From the NCBI GenBank assembly GCA_039208735.1, contig JBCCQY010000006.1:32001-96000 (forward strand): a stretch of DNA of 64,000 nt, in the 5' to 3' direction. The translations under genes were made by a program, and so were the position numbers. How positions within the stretch are numbered: the first letter of the stretch is position 1; each line of letters starts with the position of its first letter. The DNA comes from Myxococcota bacterium. GTDB lineage: Bacteria; Myxococcota_A; UBA796; GCA-2862545. Positions 49,963 through 59,432 of this stretch are shown here, piece by piece. Below the pieces are notes generated by a model that worked only from the letters and a program-made list of their open reading frames with translations, did no database searches and was not told the origin of the DNA.

Positions 49963-51733
49963 TCAGGGCCGGGAGAACGTGAGCAAGGCCCGGATCTCCA
50001 CGGGCGTATTCCCCAAGGTGGCCACTCGGGCGGGGATCGTGGACACGAGGCACTCCTTGAGTCGCGCCTGGCGTTCCCGTGGGGCGCGGAGCCAGTCCAC
50101 ATCAAAGCGATCCACCACACCTCCTGCTCCAAGGATCAAGTGCAAGCCTGCGATGCCCGAGGTCGAATCGGGTTGCGCGTCCTGGAGGCACATCCGCGGC
50201 GCGAGCGCGATGGCTTTCGCCACGTCGTCACGGGCCAACGGGCCACGGACCCATGGCGGGCTCACCGACACGTCCATCATGCGGTACGGATCGCTACGAT
50301 AAAACCACGATCCTGGGTAGATCGGCCGCATCGTGACCCCAAGCGGAACGCCACATGCCGTGGGGCCGGTCGATGACGGTACGAGCGGGGTGTGGCGGGT
50401 AGACAAGCGTAGCTTCAAGGCATACTTTCCCTGCCGCGCATTGTGCGACCCGTCGTCGTGCATCGAAAGGTAGTACCTTAGGTTTCGCGCAGTGAGGATC
50501 CCGGGAGCGGGTTCGCCGCCCAAAGGGCGTTGCACCTCGATAGTCGAGGCGACGCCTCGTCCCACGAGGCGCACTTCGGGTGGGTGCGAGCCGGGTCGGT
50601 AGAGGGCCTGTAGGTGGACCGGATAGCCGGCGAACAGCTCCGGAATCGTGCTGTGGGTCCAGACCTCGGTGTTCGGATTCGCGAAGGCCCAGTCCACCAC
50701 GACCGGTCGGGCGATGCGCCGCACGAGTCTCCGGGTGCTTTCCGCGGCATCACCGGAGTGCACGACGACCTCCCCTCCGCTCACGGCGGCGAGGGCCCGT
50801 ACCGCTCCGTGATCGAGGGTGGGGTCGGTCGCGAGGGCGACGAACGGAGCCCCGTCAAGACGCTCGCAGACGGTCTCCCAGTTGCGCAGCTCGCCATCGG
50901 TCAACAACACCACGAGGCGAAGGCGCCGGCTTGGCTTCCACGCCTCGAGGGTTCGGACGAAAGGAGACTGCTGACAGACGTGATTTGGCCGGAGTCCCTT
51001 CAACCATTCCTTGGCTTGCGCAATCAGTTTCGGGGAGGCCGCACGGAACTTCGGCCGATCGGGACGGGGGTACCGCCCGACCTCGACCAGATCGAAGCGG
51101 TCTTTGGGGCCGAGGCCTGCGAGCAGTTCCTGGGCTGCAGCCACCGAGACGGCGAGTTCAGAGGCGTCCTGCGCGGTGTCGACGGCGATGAGGAGGTCTC
51201 GTGGATGGATGGGACGACCGGTGTCCCACGGCACTTCGAGGGTCACCGACACCCAGCCGGCGTTGTCGCTCTGGGGCGGGAGGACGCGGGTCCCCGCTCG
51301 GATCAAGCCATCCTCGGGGCCTCGCCAGGCGATGACGATCGGGCCGTCGCTTCGCTCCTCGACAAAGGACCGAATCCCAAAGCCTTCGTCCACGGTGAGC
51401 CGAGCGCGGGTGGGGCGTTGCCCGTGGGGAACCTCACGGTGCGCGTCCCGGCCTCGACCGACAAGGGAGCCACGTGTTCGACGGTGAGTTCGACCTCGTG
51501 CCCCGGGTCTCGACTCCGCGGACCATGGCGCCGACCGGCAGCTGGGTGAGGAAGGTGGCGTCTACGGTTTGTGCGAATGGGTTGGCGAACCGATGGGTCG
51601 CGGTGACGAAGACCCAGCCTTCCTCGGTGGTGGCCTGGTAGGTGGTTTCCTGTAACGAAAACAGGTCTTTGTCCGGTGTGATGAGCACGGGCCCCGCGGC
51701 CAGAGCCGCGGCCAATAGGGGGTTCACGAACAC
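49963..51733 (-). pseudogene. Degenerate VIT + vWA protein with AgmX/PglI-like C-terminus; two apparent frameshifts at about 51400-51515
   Basis: VIT-like start (HRFANP...DATFLTQLP), PGHEVELTVEH...RFP in a second frame, vWA-like remainder (DRFDLV, LLTDG) in the third frame. Confidence 0.55.
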
Positions 51734-51885
51734 TCCAGGGCGACCGTCGGTCTTCTGAGTCAGCGTCAGCCTACCGTTTCAAGTGTGCGGTGGGCTGGTT
51801 GAGAGACGCAGACATCACCGGCTCTCGCCGACCTTGACGGTGTTCTGACGGTCCTAGGTTCTGCTGCGGTCAACCCGGAGGTCTT

Positions 51886-52503
51886 ATGCGCCCCTTGTTC
51901 ATTCTCTCTTTCGCGATCGGCTGCCTTCCTTTTGGGGTTGGCGGAACGTCGACAACGACCGACTCTGACGCGACAGAACTCACGACCTGGGCCGGCTTCG
52001 GTCCCATGACCCTGGGGGTCGCCGGTGACGAGGTGATGGAGCAAGTCTTCGCCACTGCGGGGGGGGATTTGGGCGTGGATGATCCGCCGGTGGCCACGGT
52101 CGTGCGTGACGAGATGGCCGAGGCCGACCGGCTCGTTGATGGCCGCGAGTTCACGAACCTGTCGCTTCGGTTTGACACCGACCAGGAGGCGATCTTCGAT
52201 GCATGGCGAGAGGGCCGAGACCTCGTCGATCTTCAGGGCGTCTTTGGCATGTTGCTGACCGGTCCAGACGGGGGCCGTGGGGTGGGGGGCGCGTCGTCTG
52301 GGTACCGCTGTCGCGTCGACTTCGAACATCGAGAGCGTCTTCCCGACAATCCCTTCAGTCCCGATACCCTCAATCAGCGCTACGGGGTGACCGTCGCATG
52401 TATGGATGCGCCCTGGGAGGACATCGGCACCATCGACCCTGGCGAAGGCGTGTATGCGACCATCGATGCTCAGTACGACAGTTTTGTGATCGTCGGTCGA
52501 TAA
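51886..52503 (+). CDS. Hypothetical lipoprotein
   Basis: GGAGG RBS; AIGC lipobox. Confidence 0.75.
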   Translation: MRPLFILSFAIGCLPFGVGGTSTTTDSDATELTTWAGFGPMTLGVAGDEVMEQVFATAGGDLGVDDPPVATVVRDEMAEADRLVDGREFTNLSLRFDTDQEAIFDAWREGRDLVDLQGVFGMLLTGPDGGRGVGGASSGYRCRVDFEHRERLPDNPFSPDTLNQRYGVTVACMDAPWEDIGTIDPGEGVYATIDAQYDSFVIVGR

Positions 52504-52562
52504 CCGCAGGCGGACCGCGCAGGCAACCCGTAACGACGAGCCAAGCGCCGCTACGTGGGCCT

Positions 52563-54338
52563 TCAGCTCTTGGCGGCGACTTCGCTGGACAGCTTCTCGG
52601 CGAACTCTTCCAGCACCATGGTGCCCAGGTCTCCTTCCTTTCGCTTCCGGACGCCCACGGTTCCGGCTTCGGCCTCACGTCCGCCTACGACCAGCTGGTA
52701 GGGGACTTTCTCGAGTTCGGCGCGACGGATCTTGTAGGGCAGACGCTCGTCCGAGTCGTCGAGCGCGGGACGGAGACCCAACTTCTGCAGTTCTTCTTTG
52801 ACCTTCCGGCCGTAGTCCACAAACTTTTCCGACAACGGCAAGACCTTGACTTGCACCGGGGCCAGCCAAGTCGGGAAGTTGCCCGCGTAGTGCTCAACGA
52901 GGATGCCGAAGAAGCGTTCGATGCTTCCGAGCAGCGCCCGGTGGATCATAATGGGCCGATGCCCAGAGTTGTCGGCTCCGATGAACTGGAGGTCGAAGCG
53001 CTCTGGCTGGTTGAAGTCGAGTTGAACCGTGGTGAGCTGCCAGGTTCGGCCGATGGCATCCACGACCTTCACGTCGATCTTGGGACCGTAGAAAGCGGCT
53101 TCACCCTCAACGCGCTTGAACTCGATGTCACGGTCCGTAAGCACCTTGGCCAGCGTAGATTCGGACAGGTCCCAGATCTCGTCGGAGCCCTGGTACTTCT
53201 CCTTGTCCGACGAGTCCCGCACGGACAACTCGACTTTGTATTCGGGGAAGCCAAAGGTTCGGTACATGAGCTGGGCAATGTCCAGGACGGCTCCAAGCTC
53301 GGCCTCGAGGGTGTCTTCCGTGCAGAAGATGTGGGCATCGTCCTGGGTGAAGCCGCGCACCCGCATCAGGCCGTGAAGCGCGCCGGAGCGCTCATAACGG
53401 TACACCGTGCCCAGCTCGGCATACCGCATCGGCAGCTCTCGGTAGGAGCGCTTGCGTGAGCGGTAAACCCCAATGTGGAACGGACAGTTCATGGGCTTGA
53501 GCTGGTATTGCTCTTCGTCGATGTCCATGGGGCTGTACATCGAGTCGGTGTAGTGCTCGGTGTGGCCGGAGCGGTCCCACAGCGTACGCGGCGCAATGTG
53601 AGGCGTAAACAGCAGATCGTAGCCGTGAGTGAGGTGCTGCTCCCGCCAAAAGTCTTCGATCTGTTTCCGGATGAAGGCGCCGTTGGGCAGCCACAATACG
53701 AGGCCGCCGCCGTACTCTTGGGTGATGTGAAACAGCTCGAGGTCCTTGCCAATTCGGCGATGGTCTCGTTTCTTGGCTTCCTCGAGCATTTCGAGGTGGG
53801 CCTCGAGGTCCTCTTTGCTGTCAAACGCCACGCCGTAAATGCGGGTGAGCACAGGGCGCTTCTCGTCCCCGCGCCAATAGGCACCCGCGAGGTGCGTCAG
53901 CTTGAAGTGCTTGAGCTTCTTGCTGTAACGGACATGAGGGCCGGCACACATGTCCGTGAAGTTGCCGTGCTTGTAGAAGGAGACCGAGGGCGATTCGATC
54001 TCGATCATCTTCTCAAGCTTGTAGGGCTGGTCCGTGTCCTTGGCCCAACGAATGGCCTCTTCCTTCGAAAGCGAGAACTGCTCGAACTTGTGGTTTCCCT
54101 TGGCGATCTGCTTCATCTTCTTCTCGATGGCAGGCAGGTCGTCCTCGGAGAGGGGCTCCGGGGTTTCCATGTCGTAGAAGAAGCCGTACTGGGTGTGAGG
54201 CCCGAAACCAAACTTGGTACCTGGGTAGAGTTCGGCGACGGCCGAAGCCATGAGGTGGGCGGCGCTGTGGCGAATGGTGTCCACTGGGGAAAGCTCGCGC
54301 GCAACCGTATCGTAGCTTTCTTCTTCGGTATCGCTCAT
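52563..54338 (-). CDS. thrS: Threonine--tRNA ligase, short form lacking the N-terminal TGS domain
   Basis: RHSAAH and DMCAGPH editing motifs; RDHRRIG, KPMNCPFH, RVRGFTQDDAH, AFYGPKID, IHRA. Confidence 0.98.
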   Translation of the reverse strand: MSDTEEESYDTVARELSPVDTIRHSAAHLMASAVAELYPGTKFGFGPHTQYGFFYDMETPEPLSEDDLPAIEKKMKQIAKGNHKFEQFSLSKEEAIRWAKDTDQPYKLEKMIEIESPSVSFYKHGNFTDMCAGPHVRYSKKLKHFKLTHLAGAYWRGDEKRPVLTRIYGVAFDSKEDLEAHLEMLEEAKKRDHRRIGKDLELFHITQEYGGGLVLWLPNGAFIRKQIEDFWREQHLTHGYDLLFTPHIAPRTLWDRSGHTEHYTDSMYSPMDIDEEQYQLKPMNCPFHIGVYRSRKRSYRELPMRYAELGTVYRYERSGALHGLMRVRGFTQDDAHIFCTEDTLEAELGAVLDIAQLMYRTFGFPEYKVELSVRDSSDKEKYQGSDEIWDLSESTLAKVLTDRDIEFKRVEGEAAFYGPKIDVKVVDAIGRTWQLTTVQLDFNQPERFDLQFIGADNSGHRPIMIHRALLGSIERFFGILVEHYAGNFPTWLAPVQVKVLPLSEKFVDYGRKVKEELQKLGLRPALDDSDERLPYKIRRAELEKVPYQLVVGGREAEAGTVGVRKRKEGDLGTMVLEEFAEKLSSEVAAKS

Positions 54339-54590
54339 TGGGACCTCCGTGGTCGCTTCCTACCGCCTCGACGACCGGCGGCAGGTGCCTGCTTCGCAAG
54401 CTGTCAAGTGCTAATACCCGACGCCAGGAGTGGCTCGCACCGACGACGCGACATTTCCACCTCCTACGACAAACCAGCTTGCAACGGCGACTCCCGGACC
54501 TGCAGCGTGGCGCGGCCCCTCAGGTTGTACGACTGGCCCCGGAGCGGTTTCGCCGTGGCCTTCACGGAACAACAGGGCGTCTAGGCCTCG

Positions 54591-54761
54591 TCAGGGCCCC
54601 TTTCTGAAGCGGGGCCACACCAGTCGCGTCATGAGGACGAGGGCCGGGATTCCCAATCCGAACCAGCCCACAACATCCCACCATCCATCGCCAAACAAGG
54701 CGGCGACAAGCCCGATGAGCGTGGACAAGGAAAGTGCGATGAGATGACGGTATTCGTTCAC
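54591..54761 (-). CDS. Small two-TM protein of the type found after PepSY-TM genes
   Basis: GTGA overlap with the PepSY gene; GLVAALFGDGWWD motif. Confidence 0.75.
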   Translation of the reverse strand: MNEYRHLIALSLSTLIGLVAALFGDGWWDVVGWFGLGIPALVLMTRLVWPRFRKGP

Positions 54762-55843
54762 GGACTCTCCTCCGTAATTGTGGAACGTCGCCGGATGGCG
54801 AACGCCCACGCCCCGGTCAGAGAAAGGCCAAATGCCCCCAGGCCGAGGCCTGCCCAGGCGAGTTTTAAGGGTAGCCCTCCATAATTACCAAAATGAAGAG
54901 GTCCCGACAACAGGAGCACGGTGAGGTACCACGGAGGCTCGACGTGTTGGATGGTGTTCGCCGCCGCAGCATCGATCAAAACCAAGGTGAAGAGGTTTTC
55001 CGCCAGCCCCTCCTTTCCCTTGCGGAATACCGTGTAATGGTGCTCCCCGGTTAGTTCGTTGCCAGGATAGAGGACGAACGTAGCCAATGGGTCATCTAGG
55101 TCCAGTCCGGCTGCGTCAAAGGCACGACTGAGTGAAACCGGTGGGTCGGACGCTTGGTCCGGAGCGTCGGCGGTTAGGGTGACCAGCTCCGTCATTTGCC
55201 AGATCGTTACAGGAATTTCCTCTAAGGCTAGGATGGCCCCGGAGAGGGACACCACGACCAGGAACGGGCCCGAGACCCCCCCAATAAGCTTGTGGGTGTC
55301 GCGCAAACGTGCACCGCGCGGGTTTTTGCGTACCGTTCCAAAGGCGGCTCGCTTCATGAAGGGCCCATACAGCACCAGGCCCGAACCGATGAGTCCGAAG
55401 AGCGCCAGACCGAATCCCCCGACCAGCACTTTGCCTGGAAATCCCAGCAACAGGCTGGCATGGAGGTCCAGTAGCCAGTCCGTCGCCTCGTGACCCAGGC
55501 TTTCGGTGAGCGTCCCATCCGCTCGCGAAACGATGACTTCGGTTGCTCCATCAAACGCGCCAATCCCCGGGGGTTGCATGAAGAGGCCGAGATGGCGTCC
55601 TCCGTTCTTCTGGAGGTCCAACGCGAGAGGTCGAAGACCGGGATGGGCCTGTTCTGCAGCAGCGATCAACGCTGGAAGCGGGAGGCTCGCCGTACCGCCT
55701 CCATCACCGAGTGACGCCAACTCCAATTCAGACCGGAAGATCAACAGGACGCCGGTCAGTGACAGCAGGGCGAGGTTCAGGGTCACGATCACGCCGGTAA
55801 TGCGGTGCAGCGTCCACAACCGGCGCGTCATCTGGCCTGTCAT
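54758..55843 (-). CDS. PepSY-associated TM helix protein (iron-uptake associated)
   Basis: LHRITG, LTG, DLHASL, DTHKLIG, LHFGNYGG His-bearing TM motifs. Confidence 0.9.
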   Translation of the reverse strand: MTGQMTRRLWTLHRITGVIVTLNLALLSLTGVLLIFRSELELASLGDGGGTASLPLPALIAAAEQAHPGLRPLALDLQKNGGRHLGLFMQPPGIGAFDGATEVIVSRADGTLTESLGHEATDWLLDLHASLLLGFPGKVLVGGFGLALFGLIGSGLVLYGPFMKRAAFGTVRKNPRGARLRDTHKLIGGVSGPFLVVVSLSGAILALEEIPVTIWQMTELVTLTADAPDQASDPPVSLSRAFDAAGLDLDDPLATFVLYPGNELTGEHHYTVFRKGKEGLAENLFTLVLIDAAAANTIQHVEPPWYLTVLLLSGPLHFGNYGGLPLKLAWAGLGLGAFGLSLTGAWAFAIRRRSTITEESP

Positions 55844-57048
55844 GGGTCGGCCCCTGGGTCGAGGTCAACCACGCCGAATTGAACGCCTGTCAGGACCAGC
55901 GCGGGGACCGGCGCAGCGGGTTCATCGATTCGGTAGAGGGTGGTCGACGAAAAATCAGCCGCCGCCACTGCATCGTAGCGGCTCCCTGATGCCTCGATGG
56001 CCGCACTCAATGCCGCGGTGCGGGGGGGAATGCCCTCGACGACTTCGCCCAATCCCATGTCGTCGGCAAGCGGAACTCGGTAGGTTCGCCAGGCGGGTGT
56101 TCCGTTGATTTCGCTAAACGATGCGCCCAGCGGCGCTACGGTTTCGTCGTAGCCAAGTACGTAGGCTTCATCGCCGCCGGCTCCGACCAATCCACCACTC
56201 ACTGGCGTGCCGGTAATGGACTCGGTTTCGACGAAGAACGTATCGTCGAATGCCAGCTCCCCCGAACGAATCCGAAGAATGCAACTTGGCCCTGTTCCGT
56301 TCGCTTGCGCTCCTCGGACAGCGCCGTTGAAGGCGTCGGATGCCACGTAGATGTCGCCGTTCCCTGCCACAACTACATTCGTGAGGTAGCTACACCGATC
56401 ATCATCGAGAACCGAAATCGCATCGGTCTCGGTATTGATCACGACGACGCGAGCGAGGGTGGCCGCCGTACCTTGCTCGAGGTTCCGGTACAGGACCGGG
56501 AAGAGCAAGTCAGGTCCCTGGCGAGCGGGCACCACCCCCAACACGGTCTCGGTATTCGCGGGGTCAGGCGATTGAATGATATCGAGGTCGAATTCCGAGA
56601 CGATCGTCATGTCGGTCGGATCGAAGACGAAGCCTACGGCTGAACTCTCGGCAAGATAGTAGGCCTTCGTCTCGTCGATAACCGCGATTCGGGGCGGCAC
56701 TCCGGTCAGGCTCACGCCTTGCCCCGCAAACGAGATTCGCCCTGCTTCCAGCACGCCGTCCTCGGTGACGTCGAATCGAATGGCCTCAGGCGCCTCTCCG
56801 CTGCTCACAAGCAGGGATCCGGGGGTGGGGCCTGCAACAAACAGGCTTGCACTAGGCAACGGCAGATTCTTCGCTGGATCGATGACCGCTGTGGCATCCA
56901 GTGACGAGGTGAAGGCCGCGAATGACTGAAAGCCTTCCGGGCTCACCACAAGCTGGTTGATCGCGAACCGTTGGTCGATGGGCACCGAAACGACCTCGCC
57001 GGCGCATGCCCAGAGCAGGCAGGACACCAACAACGATCTTGGGAACAT
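55840..57048 (-). CDS. MxcI/DUF4374-like lipoprotein, paralogue 1
   Basis: LWAC lipobox; KAYY, FDPTDMTI, DDRC, GDIYV, PSCILRI..G..FDDTF. Confidence 0.75.
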   Translation of the reverse strand: MFPRSLLVSCLLWACAGEVVSVPIDQRFAINQLVVSPEGFQSFAAFTSSLDATAVIDPAKNLPLPSASLFVAGPTPGSLLVSSGEAPEAIRFDVTEDGVLEAGRISFAGQGVSLTGVPPRIAVIDETKAYYLAESSAVGFVFDPTDMTIVSEFDLDIIQSPDPANTETVLGVVPARQGPDLLFPVLYRNLEQGTAATLARVVVINTETDAISVLDDDRCSYLTNVVVAGNGDIYVASDAFNGAVRGAQANGTGPSCILRIRSGELAFDDTFFVETESITGTPVSGGLVGAGGDEAYVLGYDETVAPLGASFSEINGTPAWRTYRVPLADDMGLGEVVEGIPPRTAALSAAIEASGSRYDAVAAADFSSTTLYRIDEPAAPVPALVLTGVQFGVVDLDPGADP

Positions 57049-57066
57049 GGGTCTTCCTCCGCTTGT

Positions 57067-57081
57067 TGAAAACGAAATTCA
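57067..57081. promoter_or_regulatory. Degenerate Fur-type box
   Basis: TGAAAACGAAATTCA, 12/15 match to TGAAAATGATTTTCA, 19 bp upstream of ATG 57048. Confidence 0.5.
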
Positions 57082-57105
57082 TCTGCAAACTAGGGGGCCC
57101 TCGGC

Positions 57106-57150
57106 ACCAAGTCAAGTGACTTGGTTGAGATTCCAGGTCACCTGACTTGG
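57106..57150. promoter_or_regulatory. Two tandem palindromes, candidate TetR operators
   Basis: ACCAAGTCA-AG-TGACTTGGT (57106-57125) and CCAGGTCA-CC-TGACTTGG (57133-57150) between divergent genes. Confidence 0.75.
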
Positions 57151-57190
57151 TAGGTCGCGTCCAAAGCCAAGACCGGGTAAACAGCAGGGA

Positions 57191-57811
57191 ATGACGTCGC
57201 AGTTCCCGGATTCTGATCGGGCGTCGGTGCGCGAGCGGATTTTGGAGGTGGCGCTCCGGCACTTCGCTGAACACGGAGGCCGAGCGAGTCTGCGTCGCAT
57301 CGCATCCGACGCGGACACCTCACTCGGTGCGTTGCAGCACTACTTTCCGACCAAGGCGAACCTCGCCAAGGCCGTTGAGGAGTACGCGACGCGTCCATTC
57401 TATGAACGCCAAGGGCCGACGTTCGAGATCGTCGATATGGACTTTCCCGCTTTTCTTCGGACCGGGTTGCTCACCTACCTTTCATTCACTCGAGAGCACC
57501 CCGACGTGGTGGCCCTGGGCACGCGACTCGCCACCGAACGTCCAGACCACCAATGGCCCGGCGAAGCAGAGACGAACGCAGAGTTGATTCGACGGATTCG
57601 CGTTGCTCAAGACGGGGCGACGCTCAAGGACTTCGATCCACGATGGTTTGTCGTGCTCCTCGAGGCACTGCTGAACAGCTGGTCGTCGCACCGCGATCAT
57701 CTCATGCGCCATCTTCCAGAGGTCGCAGACGAAGATGCCGACGAGCAGTTTGTCCGATTTGCGGCCGACCTGGTGCTCAATGGAGCACGCCCCCGCGACC
57801 CCGAACCTTGA
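57191..57811 (+). CDS. TetR/AcrR family regulator
   Basis: RERILEVALRHFAEHG..SLRRIA..SLGALQHYFPTK. Confidence 0.92.
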   Translation: MTSQFPDSDRASVRERILEVALRHFAEHGGRASLRRIASDADTSLGALQHYFPTKANLAKAVEEYATRPFYERQGPTFEIVDMDFPAFLRTGLLTYLSFTREHPDVVALGTRLATERPDHQWPGEAETNAELIRRIRVAQDGATLKDFDPRWFVVLLEALLNSWSSHRDHLMRHLPEVADEDADEQFVRFAADLVLNGARPRDPEP

Positions 57812-57956
57812 CCCGCTGACGACCATGTACGCGTCTGGGTAAACGGCGTCACCTTCCTACACCCCACCGATGCTGCGTGGTTCGACGTTCTTGGCGTTCA
57901 ACGGCCCCACCGATCGGCGTTTGGCAAGGTGGCGATTGGGTTTTGAGGGAGAAGCT

Positions 57957-57983
57957 TGATAATGAAAATGATTTTCATTATCA
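57957..57983. promoter_or_regulatory. Perfect 13-1-13 palindrome, Fur-family box
   Basis: TGATAATGAAAAT-G-ATTTTCATTATCA, built from GATAAT-like hexamers. Confidence 0.85.
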
Positions 57984-58118
57984 TTGCGTTGGCTCGCCGG
58001 TAGGAGGTGTGTCATGGCCATGCGGAAAATCAGTCTCCTCCGTTTGTCTCCGAACCGTTGAAGCGGTGCCGCCAAGCATCTCCTACCGGGAAGCTCTACG
58101 GCCCAAGGTCAACGACGC

Positions 58119-59357
58119 ATGGACAGAAATATGCTTCGCCGCTTCTCATTGGCATTTACCCTTTGCGCAGTCATGGCCTGTGAAGCGGAGTTGCCCGCGA
58201 CAGCTCCTCCCCCAGATGCGGACCCGGCTTATCTGGCGGTTGGTGGGGTGTTCAGTCCTGACGGGTTGACGGGGTATGCCGCAGTGATCGACGAAGTCGC
58301 ACCCAACACCCAGGTCGACCTCGACGCGGCTTTGGCGTTGGCGAGTGGCGCCACGATTGCGGTGCCGGAAGGTGCGGAAGGGGTCTTCTACATTGGGCTT
58401 GCCGACTCGCCGGTCATTCAGCGCTACGAGCTTGGCGATGACAACGTTCCCGTTGTCGCTGGGGAACTGAGTCTTGCCGGACTAGGATTGCAGGCCGCGA
58501 ATGGGGGCCGAAACCCCATCCAGTTGTTCTCAGAGACCGAAGCCTACTTGGTGGATGGTAGTTCGCTGCAGGTCATTGGGTTCGATCCGACCGCAATGAT
58601 CCTCCAGGGAGACCCCATCTCCATCGGAGATTTAGCGGAGCCTGAACTGGGTCTTGGGGTCAATTTCATCCATCGGGACGGAACGCGTCTCATTCTGTCG
58701 ACCCGGTACTTTCGCGACGACGGCTCGGCCGAGATCCTCGGTAAGGTCGCCATCATTGACACCGCTACGGGCGATGTGATCGTCGATAGCGAAACGCAGT
58801 GCGCGAACCTCGCTACGTCGGTCGAGGACGCGTCGGGCAACCTCTACTTTGCGTCCCACTCGTCGCAGGCGGCCCGATACTCGGGTGGTTTCGCTGGGGA
58901 GCCGGCGGGCGAGCCCTGCATGGTCCGCATGCTTCAGGGGGCCGATGGATTCGACGACGACTTCTACGTTTCGCTCGAAACATTGACTGGCCGCCCTGCA
59001 GGATTCGCGATTCAGGGCTCGGGCGACACCGCGTACCTACTGACGTTCGATGAAGCAGCGAACCCGGTCACCAAGGACAATGTCGACCGCTTCACATCGC
59101 GCGGGGTCTGGGAATACTACCAAGTCGAACTCGGAGATGCACCGGTTGCGACTGCGGTTCCTGGCGTTGGAACCACGGCTGCGTATGGCCTTGCTTTCCG
59201 GACCGAGGTGGGGGCAGACCGCGTGGCAACGCCCTACGTGGCTGCGGTGGCAGCAGACCTCGCCTCGTCCACGTTCTACGACGTCTCGGACCCGCAGGAC
59301 TTTGTGGAAGCGATGACCGTGCCCGGTTTTGGCTTTGGCGTGTTTCGAGTTCGCTGA
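58119..59357 (+). CDS. MxcI/DUF4374-like lipoprotein, paralogue 2 (start 58119 or 58131)
   Basis: VMAC lipobox; EAYL, FDPTAMI, ETQC, GNLYF, EPCMVRM..G..FDDDF. Confidence 0.75.
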   Translation: MDRNMLRRFSLAFTLCAVMACEAELPATAPPPDADPAYLAVGGVFSPDGLTGYAAVIDEVAPNTQVDLDAALALASGATIAVPEGAEGVFYIGLADSPVIQRYELGDDNVPVVAGELSLAGLGLQAANGGRNPIQLFSETEAYLVDGSSLQVIGFDPTAMILQGDPISIGDLAEPELGLGVNFIHRDGTRLILSTRYFRDDGSAEILGKVAIIDTATGDVIVDSETQCANLATSVEDASGNLYFASHSSQAARYSGGFAGEPAGEPCMVRMLQGADGFDDDFYVSLETLTGRPAGFAIQGSGDTAYLLTFDEAANPVTKDNVDRFTSRGVWEYYQVELGDAPVATAVPGVGTTAAYGLAFRTEVGADRVATPYVAAVAADLASSTFYDVSDPQDFVEAMTVPGFGFGVFRVR

Positions 59358-59432
59358 TGGAGTGTAAAGGACTGTTGCCGACCTAGCCGGACGCCCATTG
59401 CGGCTTGTTGGAGGCGACACTACGAGAGGCCC

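Noticed and set aside
52203..54584. Long plus-strand ORFs of 418 and 369 aa
   Set aside because: Antisense shadows of thrS, expected in high-GC DNA. The same applies to 2460..3584, 3971..4933, 20414..21526, 44263..45345 and 46250..47392.
54339..54590. T-box or other leader upstream of thrS
   Set aside because: No T-box consensus or clear terminator/antiterminator seen.
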